From contig OX597826.1 in assembly GCA_951406725.2 (NCBI GenBank), forward strand, positions 39,122,001 to 39,186,000: 64,000 nucleotides of DNA. The letters run 5' to 3'. Below, piece after piece: positions 25,560 through 39,749 of this stretch. This DNA comes from Octopus vulgaris. Its lineage: Eukaryota. The notes under the pieces are model-generated. The model saw only the letters and a list, made by a program, of their open reading frames with translations, was not told the DNA's origin and searched no databases. Every line of letters starts with the position of its first letter. The first letter of the stretch is position 1. The position numbers and the translations under genes are program-made.

Positions 25560-26300
25560 ATTGTTTTATTATTTCCACTTCAGTTTTAATTTTGGTCATA
25601 TTCCTTTTCTTTGAGGTTTCAGCATCAGTTGCTTTGGCTACGAGAATGAGAAATCTTAGCTACAAATAACACCAATAACACATACAACAGAGTATTTTTG
25701 GGACTTTGCAGCAGCCACAAATTTGGTCTGTAACCCTCAGTAAGAACTTTCAGTTGTCCTCTAAGTTTTATGTTTCCAACTTCTCCTTTTAGTCAAAAGC
25801 TTCTATTAGAATATCTCTAAATTTTTGTCAGTTTACTGAGCCTTTGAGCTTCTATAACCTCCTTCACCTGACAGGCTTGTTTCTCAGAGTCCTTCTAACT
25901 CTAATGAAGTCACTAACCTATATTGGATTGTACATTCATGTGGGAAAGACTTTGCATCTACAAATACCTATCAATCTTATTTGTCTGGTGAGGATGTAAT
26001 CAATCTGGCTTGTGTGTCCACTAGACTGATAGGTGATCAGATGGCTAGCTTTTTCCTGAAGTTAACGTTGCAGATCACCAGATCATTTACATCACAGAAT
26101 TCTGGGGCCTTGTTCACTACTCAGCGTTAGAGCCAAAACCACAACTTCCATGCACACCATGAAATCCATGAGAATGCAGCCCAACATGTTTAGTGAAGTC
26201 ACCAGCCACAATAACCAAATCTCTGTCAATTGTTGTTGAGGTAGTCTACAGAATTAGTCCTTCTGATCATCTGTCAACCCAGACTATGAAGCATAAGTAG
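25560..26300 (-). mobile_element. RTE LINE AP-endonuclease remnant
   Basis: VAGDFTKHVG...EFCDVNDLVICN...HLITYQSSGHTSQIDYIL, homologous to 56817-57050. Confidence 0.8.
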
Positions 26301-27414
26301 AGATAAAATATACATACATTATACATATATCCATACAAACTGATTGCTAGATAGGTATTATTCTTCAGCAAGAATGTTGTTGGCAGTGACTTCGAAGTTT
26401 AAGCCAGCTAAGCCATCAGTGGACTGCAATAGATTAGAGTTACTCTTGTCTTTATATAGCCCCTGTTGAATTAAATTCTTCTTATTTAGGAATAACAAAT
26501 TTGTACTCTACATAAGTATACAGTAACCCATCAGGTTAATGTAAAATTGTTTTTATTATAACTGAATATAAAAACAAACATTAAAAAAGATAAATAGACT
26601 GACCGACACCAAGCATGGCCACAGCTGACAAGTATATGTAAGTATATATAATTTCACTTTACACAACTGTGAGTGGTACAAGATATTGGAATAAAATTAC
26701 ATCTAATTATACTTGACTTCTTCCTCTGCTTCCTCCAAAATCAAGTATATCCACAATGTATGGAGTTACTTGTGACTAACACAGAGTGAGGTTAAAATAT
26801 GTCCGACAATAGATTCCTTTCCTAGTTTAGCTCTGGAAAATTGTGTGTGTGTGTGTGTGTGTAAAAATATATGAGTATGTGCACATATATATTTGTAAGT
26901 GTGCATATACACGAGTGAGAGAGGTGGAGGGAGGGAGGAGAGAGAAAGAGATGAAGTCAGATAAGAGAGATTTAATATCTGTAATTTGACCTCCCAACCA
27001 AACAAAAGGCAGTCAAGTAAATTGTGGAAGGTTTAATAATTGGATATTAGACAACAATAAATGAGACAATGGCGTGTTGGGAATGGGGTGAATATTAGAC
27101 TGGAAGTGAGAAATTAAAAGTTGTGATCAGCAATAAAGGTCAAGAGAGAGGACTGGAGAGGAGAGGTCAGCTGGCAGTATATGTCCATTGCTATTTGACG
27201 GTTTAAGATCAAAGTTGTCCCATCCTATCTTTTATTCAAACATAAGTCTACCTAAGATTATATTATATCCAATGTGTCCTTCCTTTTTATTTTGAAGGTA
27301 GTTGTGAGTTGAGGGATATTTGGCTTCAAATGCCTTAGAAATTTTATAGAAAAGGAAACTTAGTTATATATGTATGTCCATTAATTGACACATCACTTAC
27401 ATGTGCATAGGATT

Positions 27415-27748
27415 GTGAAGGTGCATGGCTGAGTGGTTAGAGTGTCGAGCTTACAATCATGAGGTTGTGAGTTCAAATCCTGGACCGGGCTGCGTGTTGT
27501 GTTCTTGAGCAAGACACTTTATTTCACATTGCTCCAATTCACTCAGCTGTTGAAATGAGTTGCGACATCACAGGTACCAAGCTGTATTGGTCGTTGCCTT
27601 TTCCTTGGATAACACTGGTGGTGTGGAGAGGGAAAGCCGGTATGCATGGGTGACTGCTGGTCTTCCATAAACAACCTTGCCCGGACTTGTGCCTAGGAGG
27701 GTAACTTTCTAGGTGCAATCCCACGATCAGTCATGACCGATGGGAGTC
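27415..27748 (+). mobile_element. SINE family C
   Basis: Homologous to 14035-14365. Confidence 0.85.
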
Positions 27749-27767
27749 TCAGTATTATTACAATTAT

Positions 27768-28765
27768 TACTGAGTGAGAGAGTAAGGCAATGCTATCAAA
27801 GTGACACTGGTGTACGAATATATGAAGCCCAATGTACCTGTCATCATTACCCATCTGATAAAGGTATACTAGGCACATGTGTTACATCCATATGTGCGCA
27901 ACATGGTGATCTCATATCAAGATCAACAGTGCATCACCTTGCAGGTGGGACCCAGTTAGAATTTTCTTAAGGGTGGGTAGCCCATCCCACACAAATGGTC
28001 CCTGAATAAGGTTTGTTTAAGGATGATGAACAAAACACTCATGTTTCCAGAAGTGAATTATTCAAACCCCAAAGAATTCCTCTCCACACATGACTATGAT
28101 GCTCCCCTACTACTGTTTGAGATCAGAGGTACACATTTTGTGAGCCACTAACAGAGATGCTCAATTGGTTAATTTCAAGCAACTGACAAGCAAATATGAG
28201 GTATAAGGCAGAATTTTTACTGTAGCCCATCTTTTATTTTAAGACATGTACATGATAACACTTCTATTATTATCATTGAGTGAGAGAGCAGTGCATGCCT
28301 TCCAAGTGACACTGGGGTAAAATATACGAAGCCCAGTACACCCATCATAACTACCCGTCTGATAAGGGTACACCAGGCACCTGCATCACAACCATATGTG
28401 CATGACATAGTGATCTCATATTAAGATAAACAACACATGACCTTGCAGGTGGGGGCGTATTTGTTGTTTTCTTCAGGCCAAGTAGTCCATCCTGCTCAAA
28501 AGGTCCCTGAATAAGGGTTGCTTGTTGAATGAAACAGCCATGTTTCCAGAGGTGAATAATTCAAACCCCAAAGAATTCCTCTCAACACATGGCTATGATG
28601 CTCCTCCACTACTTCTGTTTGTTATCAGAGATGCACATATTGTCAGCCATTAAGGGACGTGCTCAACTGGTTAAGGTCAAACAACCGACAAGCAAATCTG
28701 TGGTACTGATTAGAATATTTGCTGTAGCTCATCTTTTACACCAAGACAAAACATGTACATAACAT
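27768..28765. repeat. Two tandem copies of an unclassified ~500-bp interspersed repeat
   Basis: Units start gagtgagagag at about 27771 and 28278, each preceded by (ATT)-like sequence; third partial copy at 35776-36101. Confidence 0.85.
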
Positions 28766-28969
28766 TATTACTATTATAACTAACTTATTCCTCTTCTATC
28801 CCTTGTTCTTGTTCTCCAGAGTTCGTCCACTCTGTTTCATTTTTTATCTTTTTTCCTCATGCACAATGACCAAATAGCAAAAAAAAACCCATCTCCCTCA
28901 CAGGGTGCATTCTGTGTGGTTGCCAGTTTAGTTGCAATTGGCCTGACTATTACGATTATTATCATTAAG

Positions 28970-29183
28970 ATGGTGAACTGGTAGAAATCTTTAGCATGCC
29001 AGGCAAAATACATAGCATTTTGTCCATCTTTACAATCTGAATTTAAATTTACTTCTAAACATCCTTTTGGGGGTTGATAAAATAAGTACTTGTTGCATGC
29101 TAAAGTTAATGTAATTGACTTAGCCCCTTCTCCCAAAATTTCAAGACTTGTGCCTATAGTAGAAAGGATTATTATTTTCACCA

Positions 29184-29224
<41 letters not shown>

Positions 29225-29600
29225 ATTATTGTTGTTGTAGCAAGTTGACAAAATCCTTAGCCCACTGGAGAAAATGTTTACCAGCATTTCTATTTCTTTA
29301 CAACCCACAAGGGGCTAGACACAGAGAGGACAAACAAGGAGACACAAACGGATTAAGTCAATCATATTGACCCCAGAGCGTAACTGGTACTTATTTAATT
29401 AACCCCGAAAGGATGAAAGGCAAAGTCGACCTTGGCATTTCATCTGTCTCTATGTTCTGAATTCAAATTCTGATGAGGTTAAATTTGCCTATCTTCCTTT
29501 TGGGGTCACTAAATTAAGTACTACTTAAGCACTGGGGTTGATATAATCAACTATGTCTGCCCCATAATATCAGGCCTTGTACTTATATTAGATGGGATTA
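28970..29600. mobile_element. Cluster of degenerate and nested family B SINEs
   Basis: Plus-strand copies near 28970-29165 and 29230-29600; an inverted tail fragment at 29290-29436. Confidence 0.7.
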
Positions 29601-30559
29601 TTATTATCAATAATAATAATAAGTGCAATTTGGTGTAGGGTTTAAAAGTTCTCTTCACAATTGTCTTTGAGTTCAGTCTCACAGTGTGGAACCTTAGGTA
29701 AGAGTTTCTGCAATAGCCCCGGGGGTGACAAATGCCTTGTGAGTGAATTTTGTAGGTGGGAATTGTGTGTGTGTGTGTTCATGACCATTTTAGCAAAATG
29801 GTGTTGATGTCAACATTCCTTGTTGACGCCATGAGGTTGTTGTATGCTTTTGAAAACTTTTGGAATAAAAAAATCCCTTACTTAAAAAAAAAGTAAGGGT
29901 TGGCCGTAAAATCGTGATGAAACGTCGCAATAAATCAGTAATGGCTGTAATATCTTACAGAACATCTGTAGAGATATAACCATAACATGTAAATAAACAA
30001 GTAGATATGAAAAATTAGTAGATTGAAAAGTAAACCAGTGACATTTGGGTTTACATTGTTGATTAAGAGGAAAAAAATCTGCATGATATTTTTTTGTTTG
30101 TTTTATAAATATGAAATTAGAGAAGAGTTAACATAGTAGACTACTTTTAAACTACCAAGTACATTTAACCTAATGCTAAATACCAACTACACTTAAACTA
30201 ATGTTAAATACCAAATACACTTAAACTACTGTTAAAACTATTGTATTCACTTAGACTACTGTTAATTAAGTATCATGTACAGTCAGTCTTTTAGTCTTTC
30301 ATTGGTTTATGTTATTGGGCAATGACTATGCTGAGGCACTACTTTTAAGGATATATTGTGTCGATTCCATTGGCACCGTAGCTTCTTACTTCAGTGTGGA
30401 ATATATTTTAACAACTTCTATTTGTCAAAGCACTAAGTTTATAAGGCATAAAAAGAAGGACAATATAACCAATGCTGGTCTTTAGTCCAATCAAAACACA
30501 CCCAAACACATATGTCAGGCCTTTGCAAAGCTTCCATCTAAATACCACTTACATATTTT

Positions 30560-31678
30560 CTATTTTTATCTTTTATCTGTTTCAGTCGTTAGAAGACAGC
30601 TAGGCTGGAGCACCACCTAGAAAAGATTTTAGCCAAATAAATTAACCCTTGTACTTATTTTTTTAAAGCCTGGTACTTATTCTATCAATATATTTTGCTG
30701 AACCACTAAGTTACAGGAATGTAAACAAACCAACAGTGGTTGTCAAGAGGGTGTAGACAAACACAGATATGTACGCACACGTGTGCATACACACATAAGG
30801 ATAGGTTAGGCAAAGTTCAGAGAGCTTCTTCCTTTGCTGGTAACTAAGGGCCTCTCCCTCAGAGTGAAAGACAGATTGTATGATGCCTGTGTTCATATAT
30901 GGTAGTGAAACATGGGCTTTGTGTGAAGGCTTGAAAGAAATGAAGCTAACAAGCTTTGTTGGATTGGTAATGTTAGTGTCCATGCACAACAGTGTGTAAA
31001 TAATTTAAGAGGAAAACTGGGCATCAAATGTTGTGTGCAAGAGAGAAGACAGCACTGGGATGGTCATGCGATGCATATGGATGAGGACAGTAGCATAAAG
31101 AAGAGCTGATCTTTAATTGTGGAGAGAACCTGTGGAAGGGGTAGACACAGAAAGACGTGGGACAAGGTGGTGAGAAAGGATCTTTGGTCACTGGGCCTCA
31201 CTGAAAAAATGACAAGGGACCAGGAGTTGTGATTTATTGTACTCGAGATGTGCCAAGCTAAGTAAAATCATTGTCATCCATTCATATAAGCTTGTCCTTT
31301 GCAGGTGCTGGTTCCACATTAAATGCACTTCTGCTGGTACTGCACACAACACTCTGTAAAGTGGTTGGCGTTAAGGAAGAGTATCCTGCCATAGAAACAT
31401 GTCATAAGAGACAATTGGAGTCTGGACAGCTCTGCAGCTGGCCAGACACCATTTCAAACCATCCAATCCATTCCAACATGGAAAACGGACGTTAAACAAC
31501 GATGATGATAAATATATAGTGGTTTCTTTCAGTTTCTATCTACCAAATCCACTCACAAGGTTTTGTTCAGCTTGAGGCTATAATAAAAGATACTTGGTCA
31601 CAATGCCACACAGTGGGATTGAACCCAGAACCATGTGGTTGGAAACCAAGCTTCTTACAACACAGTCATGCCTGCAGC
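30560..31678. mobile_element. Minus-strand SINE A split by a plus-strand RTE 3' fragment (30795-31510)
   Basis: SINE tail at 30560-30775 and head at 31520-31678; RTE AKFREL, YGSETW and (GAT)n tail lie between them. Confidence 0.75.
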
Positions 31679-31796
31679 TTATTTAGTTATTATTTTTTTG
31701 CAACTGTACTATTAAGCTAGAAAGGGTCCTTAGACAAGGCACTTTACATACTATTGCTTCAGTCTACTCAGATGACAAAAAAAGCATTAAGATTTA

Positions 31797-33328
31797 CTCT
31801 AATTGCTGAGTCACTATCAGAACTAGAGGAGAAGTTTCAAGTGTTGAAACAAGGATTAGAATTGAAGGGCCTTAGAGGCAACCTAGCTAAAACCAAAAGT
31901 CCTAACAAGTAGGAAGGCAGGCAAACCACAAATCCCTTCAGGTAGATGGCCCTGCTCGATCTGTAGAAAGGCGTAGGTAGAAACTCTATAAGATGTACCC
32001 AGTGTAAGCTATGGACACATAAGAGGTGCAGCAACGTCAAGAGAAGGCAAACTAGGAAGATAGTTTTTGTATGTGGCAGATGCTCAGGAGCAATAAATAA
32101 CACTGAAAATGTGCAGAGAACAACTTCCGCCACATTCCAGGGAGAAAAACTACAAGTAGTTCATAGCTTCCGTTACCTAGGTGACCAAGTCAGTTGCGGG
32201 GGAGGGTGCGCTAAAAGTGTAGCTGCTCGAATAAGAATAGCCTGGGCAAAGTTCAGAGAGCTCTTACCTCTGCTGGTGACAAAGGGCCTCTCGTTTAGAG
32301 TAAAAGGTAGACTGTACGACACATGTGTACGAACATCCGTGCTACATGGCAGTGAAACATGGGCTGTGACTGCTGAGGACATGCATAAGCTCACAAGGAA
32401 TGAAGCCAGTATGCTCCGATGGATGTGTAATGTCAGTGTGCATACTCGACAGAGTGTTAGTGCCTTGAGAGAAAAGTTGGACCTAAGAAGCATCAGATGT
32501 GGTGTGCAAGAGACAACAGCGCTGGTATGGTCATGTGGCAAGAATGGATGTGGATAACTGTGTGAAAAAGTGCCACACCCTAGTGGTTGAGGGAACCTGT
32601 GGAAGAGGTAGACCCAGGAAGACTTGGGATGAGGTGGTGAAGCATGACCTTCGAACATAGGGCCTCACTGAGGCAATGACTAGTGACTGGGAACTTTGGA
32701 AATATGCTGTGCTTGAGAAGACTTGGCAAGCGCAAGTGAGATCATAACCTTGTGGCCTATGCCAGGGGTGTAAAAGTCCACTTATGCATATCTTTCCTTC
32801 ATTGGACACTAAACTCTGCTTGCGAAGACATGTTGAGGCAAGTGAAATCGAAATCAAATTCGATGACTGGCATCCGTGCTAGTGGAGTGCTAAGAGTACC
32901 ATACGAGTGTGATCATTGCCAGAGCAACAAGCTGACCGCCATGCCGATGGCACGTAAAAATCACCATTCGAGTGTGATCGCTACCTGTGTCGCCTAATTG
33001 GTACTTGTGCTGGTGGCACGTGAAAAAAAATTAGAGCAAGGTCATTGCCAGTGCCGCTAGACTGGCTCCTGTGCAGGTGGCACATAAAAAGCACCATTTG
33101 AGTGTGGCTGTTGCCAGTACCGCCTGACTGGCCCTCGTGCTGGTGGCATGTAAAGCACCCACTGCACTCTCAGAATGGTTGGCGTTAGGAAGGGCATCCA
33201 GCTGTAGAAACTCTGCCAGATCAGATTGGAGTTTGGTGCAGCCATCTGGTTCACCAGACTTCAGTCAAATTGTCCAACCCATGCTAGCATGGAAAGTGGA
33301 CGTTAGACGATGATGATGATGATGATGA
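31797..33328 (+). mobile_element. 5'-truncated RTE LINE (RT C-terminal half, PHD insert, 3' UTR repeats, (GAT)n tail)
   Basis: ORF 32111-32557 (SFRYLG, AWAKFRELLP, LHGSETW); close to 58480-60043. Confidence 0.92.
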
Positions 33329-33699
33329 GAATATCCAGTGTGTGCCAAGTTAGTGCAGCAATGTCAATAAATCAGTGATACTAGCAAAAACATTATATCA
33401 GGAAAACGGATACTTCAAGTGATGGAGTACCATGCACCACCTCAAACCCTTTATTACATAACCACAATATGAGCCAGATTTTATTTTATTTTCCTTGAAA
33501 ATTGTCCCTCAAAAAAAAAAAAAAAGAGATAATCTTATGTCCCCGCCCTCTTACAAAGTCCCTATGAATCCTTCTTTACAAAATATAAGAGATTTTAGGA
33601 GGACTCAGATATAAAGAGGTAATTTGTCTTGTTTTTAAGGACAATTTTGGGGAAGGAGATGGTAACAAAAATAAATAAATAAGTATGTATATAGGCATA

Positions 33700-33857
33700 A
33701 GAGTGGCTGTGTGGTAAGTAGCTTGCTTACGAACCACATGGTTCCGGGTTCAGTCTCACTGCATGGCACCTTGGGTAAGTGTCTTCTACTATATAGCCTC
33801 AGGCCGACCAAAGCCTTGTGACTGGATTTGGTAGACAGAAACTGAAAGAAGCCCGTC

Positions 33858-33925
<68 letters not shown>

Positions 33926-34142
33926 TTATGTGTCTGTGTTTGTCCCTCCTAACATTGCTTGACAACCGATGCTGGTGTGTTTACATCCCCATAACTTAGC
34001 GGTTTGGCAAAAAAGAGACTGATAGAATAAGTACTAGGCTTACAAAGAATAAGTCCTGGGGTTGATTTGCTCGACTAAAGGCGGTGCTCCAGCATGGCCA
34101 CAGTCACATGACTGAAATAATTAAAAGGGAAAAGGGAAAAGA
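33700..34142 (+). mobile_element. SINE family A
   Basis: Complete copy with a long internal (TA)n. Confidence 0.9.
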
Positions 34143-34700
34143 GGTATAAAAGAAAAAACACATGTATTGCAATTCTTTTGCATGTAGCTCTAAGTGTTAA
34201 TTAAAAGGCTTTTTGAAATGTGAACTCTACAGAAGTAAGTACAAGTATGGCTACGTGGTGGTTATGAAATTTACTATGCAGCAATGTGGTCTTGAGTGCA
34301 ATCTTAATGCAAAGCATGTTGGGAAAAATGTCTTCAACTATATCATCAGATTGTCCAATTCTGTGTGAGTAGAACTGGTAGATGAAAACTGTAGAGAAAT
34401 GTGTGAGAATTTGTATATGTGCTTGTGCGTATGCATATGCACATTCTTATGCCCTGTAACTCAGCAGTTTCACAGAGAGAGATTAGATTTAGAACATAAT
34501 TACTAGTTTTGATATGATCCTTTGATCTATCTCCAATTGATGTCCAAGTATGGCTTACAGTTCAATGAATGAAGAATAGAAGACTATTTCAACTCTAAAT
34601 CCCAAGAGCCAACAAGAATTTCAGTTGTTTGATGAATAGAATTACATTAACATAATAACAAAGTAGAATTAGTGTCAGTGACACAGTGGTATCCAATCAA

Positions 34701-34931
34701 GATGGCGAGCTAGCAGAAACGTTAGCACGCCAGGCGAAATGCTTAGCAGTACTTTGTCTGCCGTTACATTCTGAGTTCAAATTCCGCTGAGGTCGACTTT
34801 GCTTTTCATCCTTTCGGGGTCGATTAAATAAGTACCAGTTATGCACTGGGGTTGATATAATCGACTTAATCCGTTTGTCTGTCCTTGTTTGTCCCTTTTG
34901 TGTTTAGCCCCTTGTGGGTAGTAAAGAAATA
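34701..34931 (+). mobile_element. SINE family B with 13-bp TSD
   Basis: ggtatccaatcaa at 34688-34700 and 34932-34944. Confidence 0.9.
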
Positions 34932-36602
34932 GGTATCCAATCAATAGGACTTGCACACATTTTCCACCAGTGCAGTTTCACTCACAAGGCTTGTAATGAT
35001 ACAAAGCAATTGTAGAAAATAAATATTCAAAGAACTATAGGTTGGAATCTAACTTGGAACAATCAGAAATAGTTACAGTAGTGTTAAACTCAGTGAAAAA
35101 AAAAACAGTGTTAAACATTCTTTGATTTAGCAAGCAAGGGAGACAACATGTTTCTGGTTTCTAAGCTATCACCAGTGGGAGTATATTATTTACTGTTTGT
35201 TGGTCATGTATAGTTCCTGCTTCATATCATAATCTTGTTGAAGCTGCCTGGTTTGAAAATGTTCTCAACCTTCCTTACAAAAACAAAAGCAACTACATTA
35301 AATAAAACTGAGATAATTTTTAAATAGTAAAAAGGCAAAAAACTTGCCAAAGTAGTTGATTAAAGCAGTATGGTACTACATTAAAAAATATCTCATAGTC
35401 ACCACTTTCTTGTTTTGATATTTTACTGTTTTATTTACAATCAAAAACTAAAACTAACAGGGACACAATTTACAATGAGATGTCAACACCAACAGATAAT
35501 TAAACATTTTGGATTAAGATTTGTAGCTGTTATTATTACTATTAAGGCTGGTAGGTTCATTACTGCACCAGATGAAATGTTGATCAGCATTTTTTCTAGC
35601 TTGACATTCTGAGTTAAAATTTTGTCAAGATCAACATTGCCTTTCATCCTTTTGGGGTCAAAAAAATAAGTACCAGTTGAGCACTGGAGTTGCTATAATC
35701 AACTGGCCCTCTTCTCCAAAATTTCAGGCCCCTGTGCCTATAATAGAAAGGATTATTATTATTATCATTATTATTGAGTGAGAGAGCGGTACATGCCTTC
35801 AAAATATACGAAGCCCAGTATACCCATCATGACTACCCATCTGATAAAGGTACATCAGGCACATGCATCACAACCACATGAGCACAACATGGTGATCCCA
35901 TATCAAGACAAACAGCATATGACCTTGCAGGTGGGGCCCACTTAGAATTTTTCTCAGATCGAGTAGCCCATCACACTGAAAAGATCCCTGAATGAGGGTT
36001 CTTTAAGGGTGTTGAAACACCGGTGTTTCAAGAGGTGAATAATTCAAACCCCAAAGAATTCTTCAACACATGGCTATGATGCTCCACCACTATTTCTGCT
36101 CTTATTTTGTAACAGAGTTCAAGGTTGTTTTCACAATAAATGGGTTTGATAAGATTACCTCTTTATACAAACACACACACACACAGTGTGTGTGTTATGA
36201 AGTGAGTGAATTAAAGGTGGTATCTGTACTTAAGCAAAATTCATAGAAGCATCAACATAAGAAAAATTATAGAGATATGGGGTGAGGGGGGGGAGAGGAA
36301 AACACGAGAGAAAGAGAGAAGGAATGAGACTGAGAAAGGAATGAGTTGAAGTAAGTGGAAAAAATTGCGAGAAAGAGAAAAAAGAAAGCTGTTAAAATGG
36401 GTAGTAATGGAGTTAATGATGTAAATAGGTAACTAATAAAGAGCAGTTATGAAGGATTTTGACAGCCAATATTCTCATCGAGTTTTCTCAAACCTTCATT
36501 GAGAAATCACAAGGAGCAGTGCTAAAGGAAATCTGTTTTTAAGGAACAAGTATCCATCTCTACTACGGTCAATACTGACTTCCTCTGCTCACAGACTCAA
36601 CA

Positions 36603-37010
36603 TTTTATCTTTTATTCTTTATTTGTTTTAGTCATTAGACAGTGGCCATGCTTGGAGATAGCTTAGAAGGATTTTAGTCGAATGAATCGATCCAGTACCA
36701 TTTTTCTTTAAAGCCTGGTGCTTATTCTATTGGTATTTTTGCTGAACCACTTAGTTACAATGATGTAAACACACCAATACTGGTTGTCAAGTGGTGATGG
36801 GGATGAACCAGATAAAAAGACACACATACACACACACACACATATATACATATGATGAGCTTCTTTCAGTTTCCATCTACCAAATCCACTCACAGGGCTT
36901 TGGCCAGCCTGAGGTTAAAGTAGAAGACAGTTGGCCAAGGAGCCATGCAGTGGAACCAGGAACCATGTGGTTGGGAAGTAAAACTTCTTATCACACTGTG
37001 ACGGCTGTGC
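36603..37010 (-). mobile_element. SINE family A
   Basis: Reverse-complement head, internal (CA)n and tail. Confidence 0.85.
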
Positions 37011-38226
37011 ATATTTTTCTGTCTGATTGCCAGCCCATCCGGCTGTCTCTCTACTTTGTCCTCATTTTTACAAGTCAAGTACAATCATTTTCAGCTGCAG
37101 TCAGTTATGTTCCTGAGCCATTTGATGAGCACTGAGAAAGAGAGAAGGGAGATAAGGAGAGAGATAGAGAGAAAAAGAGAGAGAGAGAGAGAGGGAGAGA
37201 GAGTAGAGGGGAACACATTAGCACTACAAAGCATGTGTGAGAGAGACTGTGTATATTTTATGTGTGTAGTGTGTGTTGAAATAGGCCTCATACAGATAGG
37301 GTAAAACTGAGAAACCGATAAAGAGAAGGGAGAAAGAGAAGACAGAGAAGGGAAGAGAGAGGGATGGTGGATGTGTGTGACTGTTTTAAAATGTGTTTGT
37401 CTCATTATGAAATTTCCTACAAAATGCTAAAAAAGAAAAAAAAGATGAACTTTGCTCATTCAAATAAAATGTCTCCTCTCACTAAGAGGGAGAATAAAGT
37501 GTTGGATTTCACCATCATGTTCTTTTATTGTGGCAGTTCCACTTCAGACTCTTGTCAAATATCCAACTCATTCACTGCAGTTATCCCTTAGCAAGAACAA
37601 ATGACCCTTTACCATACTTAAACTTACAGGTCACAGTGTCTTTCTCCCCATCTATCTCTCTTTTTCACAAACACATGCGCACACCAACAGCCAGACAAAG
37701 ACCAAACTATAAGAACTTCTACACTGCCATTCAACTTGCTAGAAATATCAGCCAAAATATCCTTCAACTCACAAGCCACTGACTTAAGAAACAGGAGGAC
37801 AATATAAGTAAATCTTGAGATTAGGTGGCCACAAGTGGAACAAATTTGACTGATGGGTTGAGCTTGGGCTGAACCAGAGATGAATTTATGTTCCATGTAA
37901 ATGGTACAAAGGGCAAGAGGCCCAACAAGGTCTCTAGATTTTTGTATGTTTTAGTCTAGTCTCAGACACTGAGTGGCTCAATGAACTCTGAACCACCACA
38001 CACAAAGGTAGATGGCCAAATGATTAGCTAACACTCACAGATCGCACCTGGTCCAGGTGTCAAGCCACTTCGAAAAAATAATGAGATTTCTCACTACCTT
38101 TATGATTTATAGAGTGACTACTTCATTTTATCATCAGTACCTTAGTCAATTTATATACCAAATATGTATGGCAGAATTCTGTATATATTACGGTATATAT
38201 TCTGTATATATTATGGCAGAATTATG

Positions 38227-38298
<72 letters not shown>

Positions 38299-38434
38299 TA
38301 TAATTTCAAAATGTTAGGGAATAATAAGTATCCCAGGTTATCAGGACATTTACTCTTTTACACTTTACTAATGCAATGTAAACAGTATCATTTATAATAT
38401 TATTACAAATTTGTAATAATATTCTAGACATATA

Positions 38435-38472
<38 letters not shown>

Positions 38473-38493
38473 AACAAGGATATCTAGAGGTAA

Positions 38494-38580
38494 TGCAGTA
38501 CGATCGTTTCATGTGACTCCATTTAATTGAACAATGTAAACATTACATCAATTTAAAATGTAGAGCAATCTTCAGCTGCA
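38494..38580 (-). ncRNA. Type I hammerhead ribozyme with an extended stem II
   Basis: Minus strand: tgcag-CTGAAGA-[58-nt hairpin]-GAAAC-gatc-GTA-ctgca. Stem I tgcag/ctgca pairs fully; stem III is palindromic (ACGATCGT). Confidence 0.8.
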
Positions 38581-38840
38581 CAAAAGACATAGAATTTAAT
38601 TAAATTTGAAGGATACATTAGTATAATTTTACCCCAAATCACCAAGAGGATAAGGACATATACAAAGAACATGTTTTACCAACAACATCAAAGTTGTAAC
38701 TGAAATTTTTTCAAGATGACACTGTCTGTCACTGATTTTTCTGATATTTAGTTTTATTATGGGGGCAGTGGATCAGTTTTAATTTATAGGCTAGTTTTAT
38801 CAAATCCTTTGCATATTTCAGGCTGAGAAAAGACAGAGGA

Positions 38841-38844
<4 letters not shown>

Positions 38845-38879
<35 letters not shown>

Positions 38880-39050
38880 AAATCCATTCTGTCTGTCAGT
38901 CTGTGTGTCTTCTAGGATCTCGGGCATCCTCCATCCGATTGCGCTCAAATTTGATACGTAGATACCGACGGTATCAGGGCATGTATAAGTTTTGAAAAAA
39001 TTACGAAAATTGATTCCATGTGAGAATGCGATTGATAAAGCCGTGGGATG
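38845..39050 (+). mobile_element. Possible non-autonomous Helitron/Helentron-like element
   Basis: (TA)n then tataaaatcc, (CTGT)n, ccgattgcgctcaaatttg and aagccgtggg; this layout resembles HINE/DINE-like elements. Confidence 0.4.
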
Positions 39051-39749
39051 TACGCGCAAGTACATCAGCTGTTGCACCGGTACAATAAATACCGAAAACT
39101 TACAGAAAAAGGACTCCATCAACTGCCAGGAGGGTAAGCTAGAGGTAGGAGATAGCTGTTGTCTGGGTGACCAAGTTAGTAGCATTACACTTTCGGAGTG
39201 GTTGGCATTAGGAAGGGCATCCAGCCATAGAAACCATATCAATTCAGGCCGGAGTCTGGTGCAGCCTTCCAGCTTGCCAGCCCAGGTCCAAACCAATTCA
39301 ATCCGATAGTTTAACCCAAAAGTTTTACCCGAGGAATATGAGGATCTGATACAATAACAAGCGACATCAGCTGCTGTTGGATGCAGTTTTTAGATGCTGA
39401 ATATAAAAAAAAAACAAAAAAAAAACAAAACAAAAACAGGCAAAAGACAAGCAATATTTTGCCTACTATATAATGATATATTTAGATATTTAATATTTCT
39501 GATTATACATAGAAGCATTATATCATATTGTAATCTAATAAATTTCTGCAATAGTTATTTTAAAAAATTGTTTTGATACTCTTGTATCACAAAGTAAACA
39601 AAACTAGAGTGAACTCCCTAATGCTTATGGATTTATTAATAATAATAATAATAAGATTTAAAAAAAGTTAAAAATCTATCAATAAAGTTAAAAAATAAGG
39701 TTAAAATCAAGCAATTTTTAAAGTTGAAAATATTGCCCTACTAATAAAT

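Noticed and set aside
26330-26470. Possible minus-strand terminal exon (GLYKDKSNSNLLQ...EE*)
   Set aside because: Weak acceptor and no recognisable homology; cannot be supported without RNA data.
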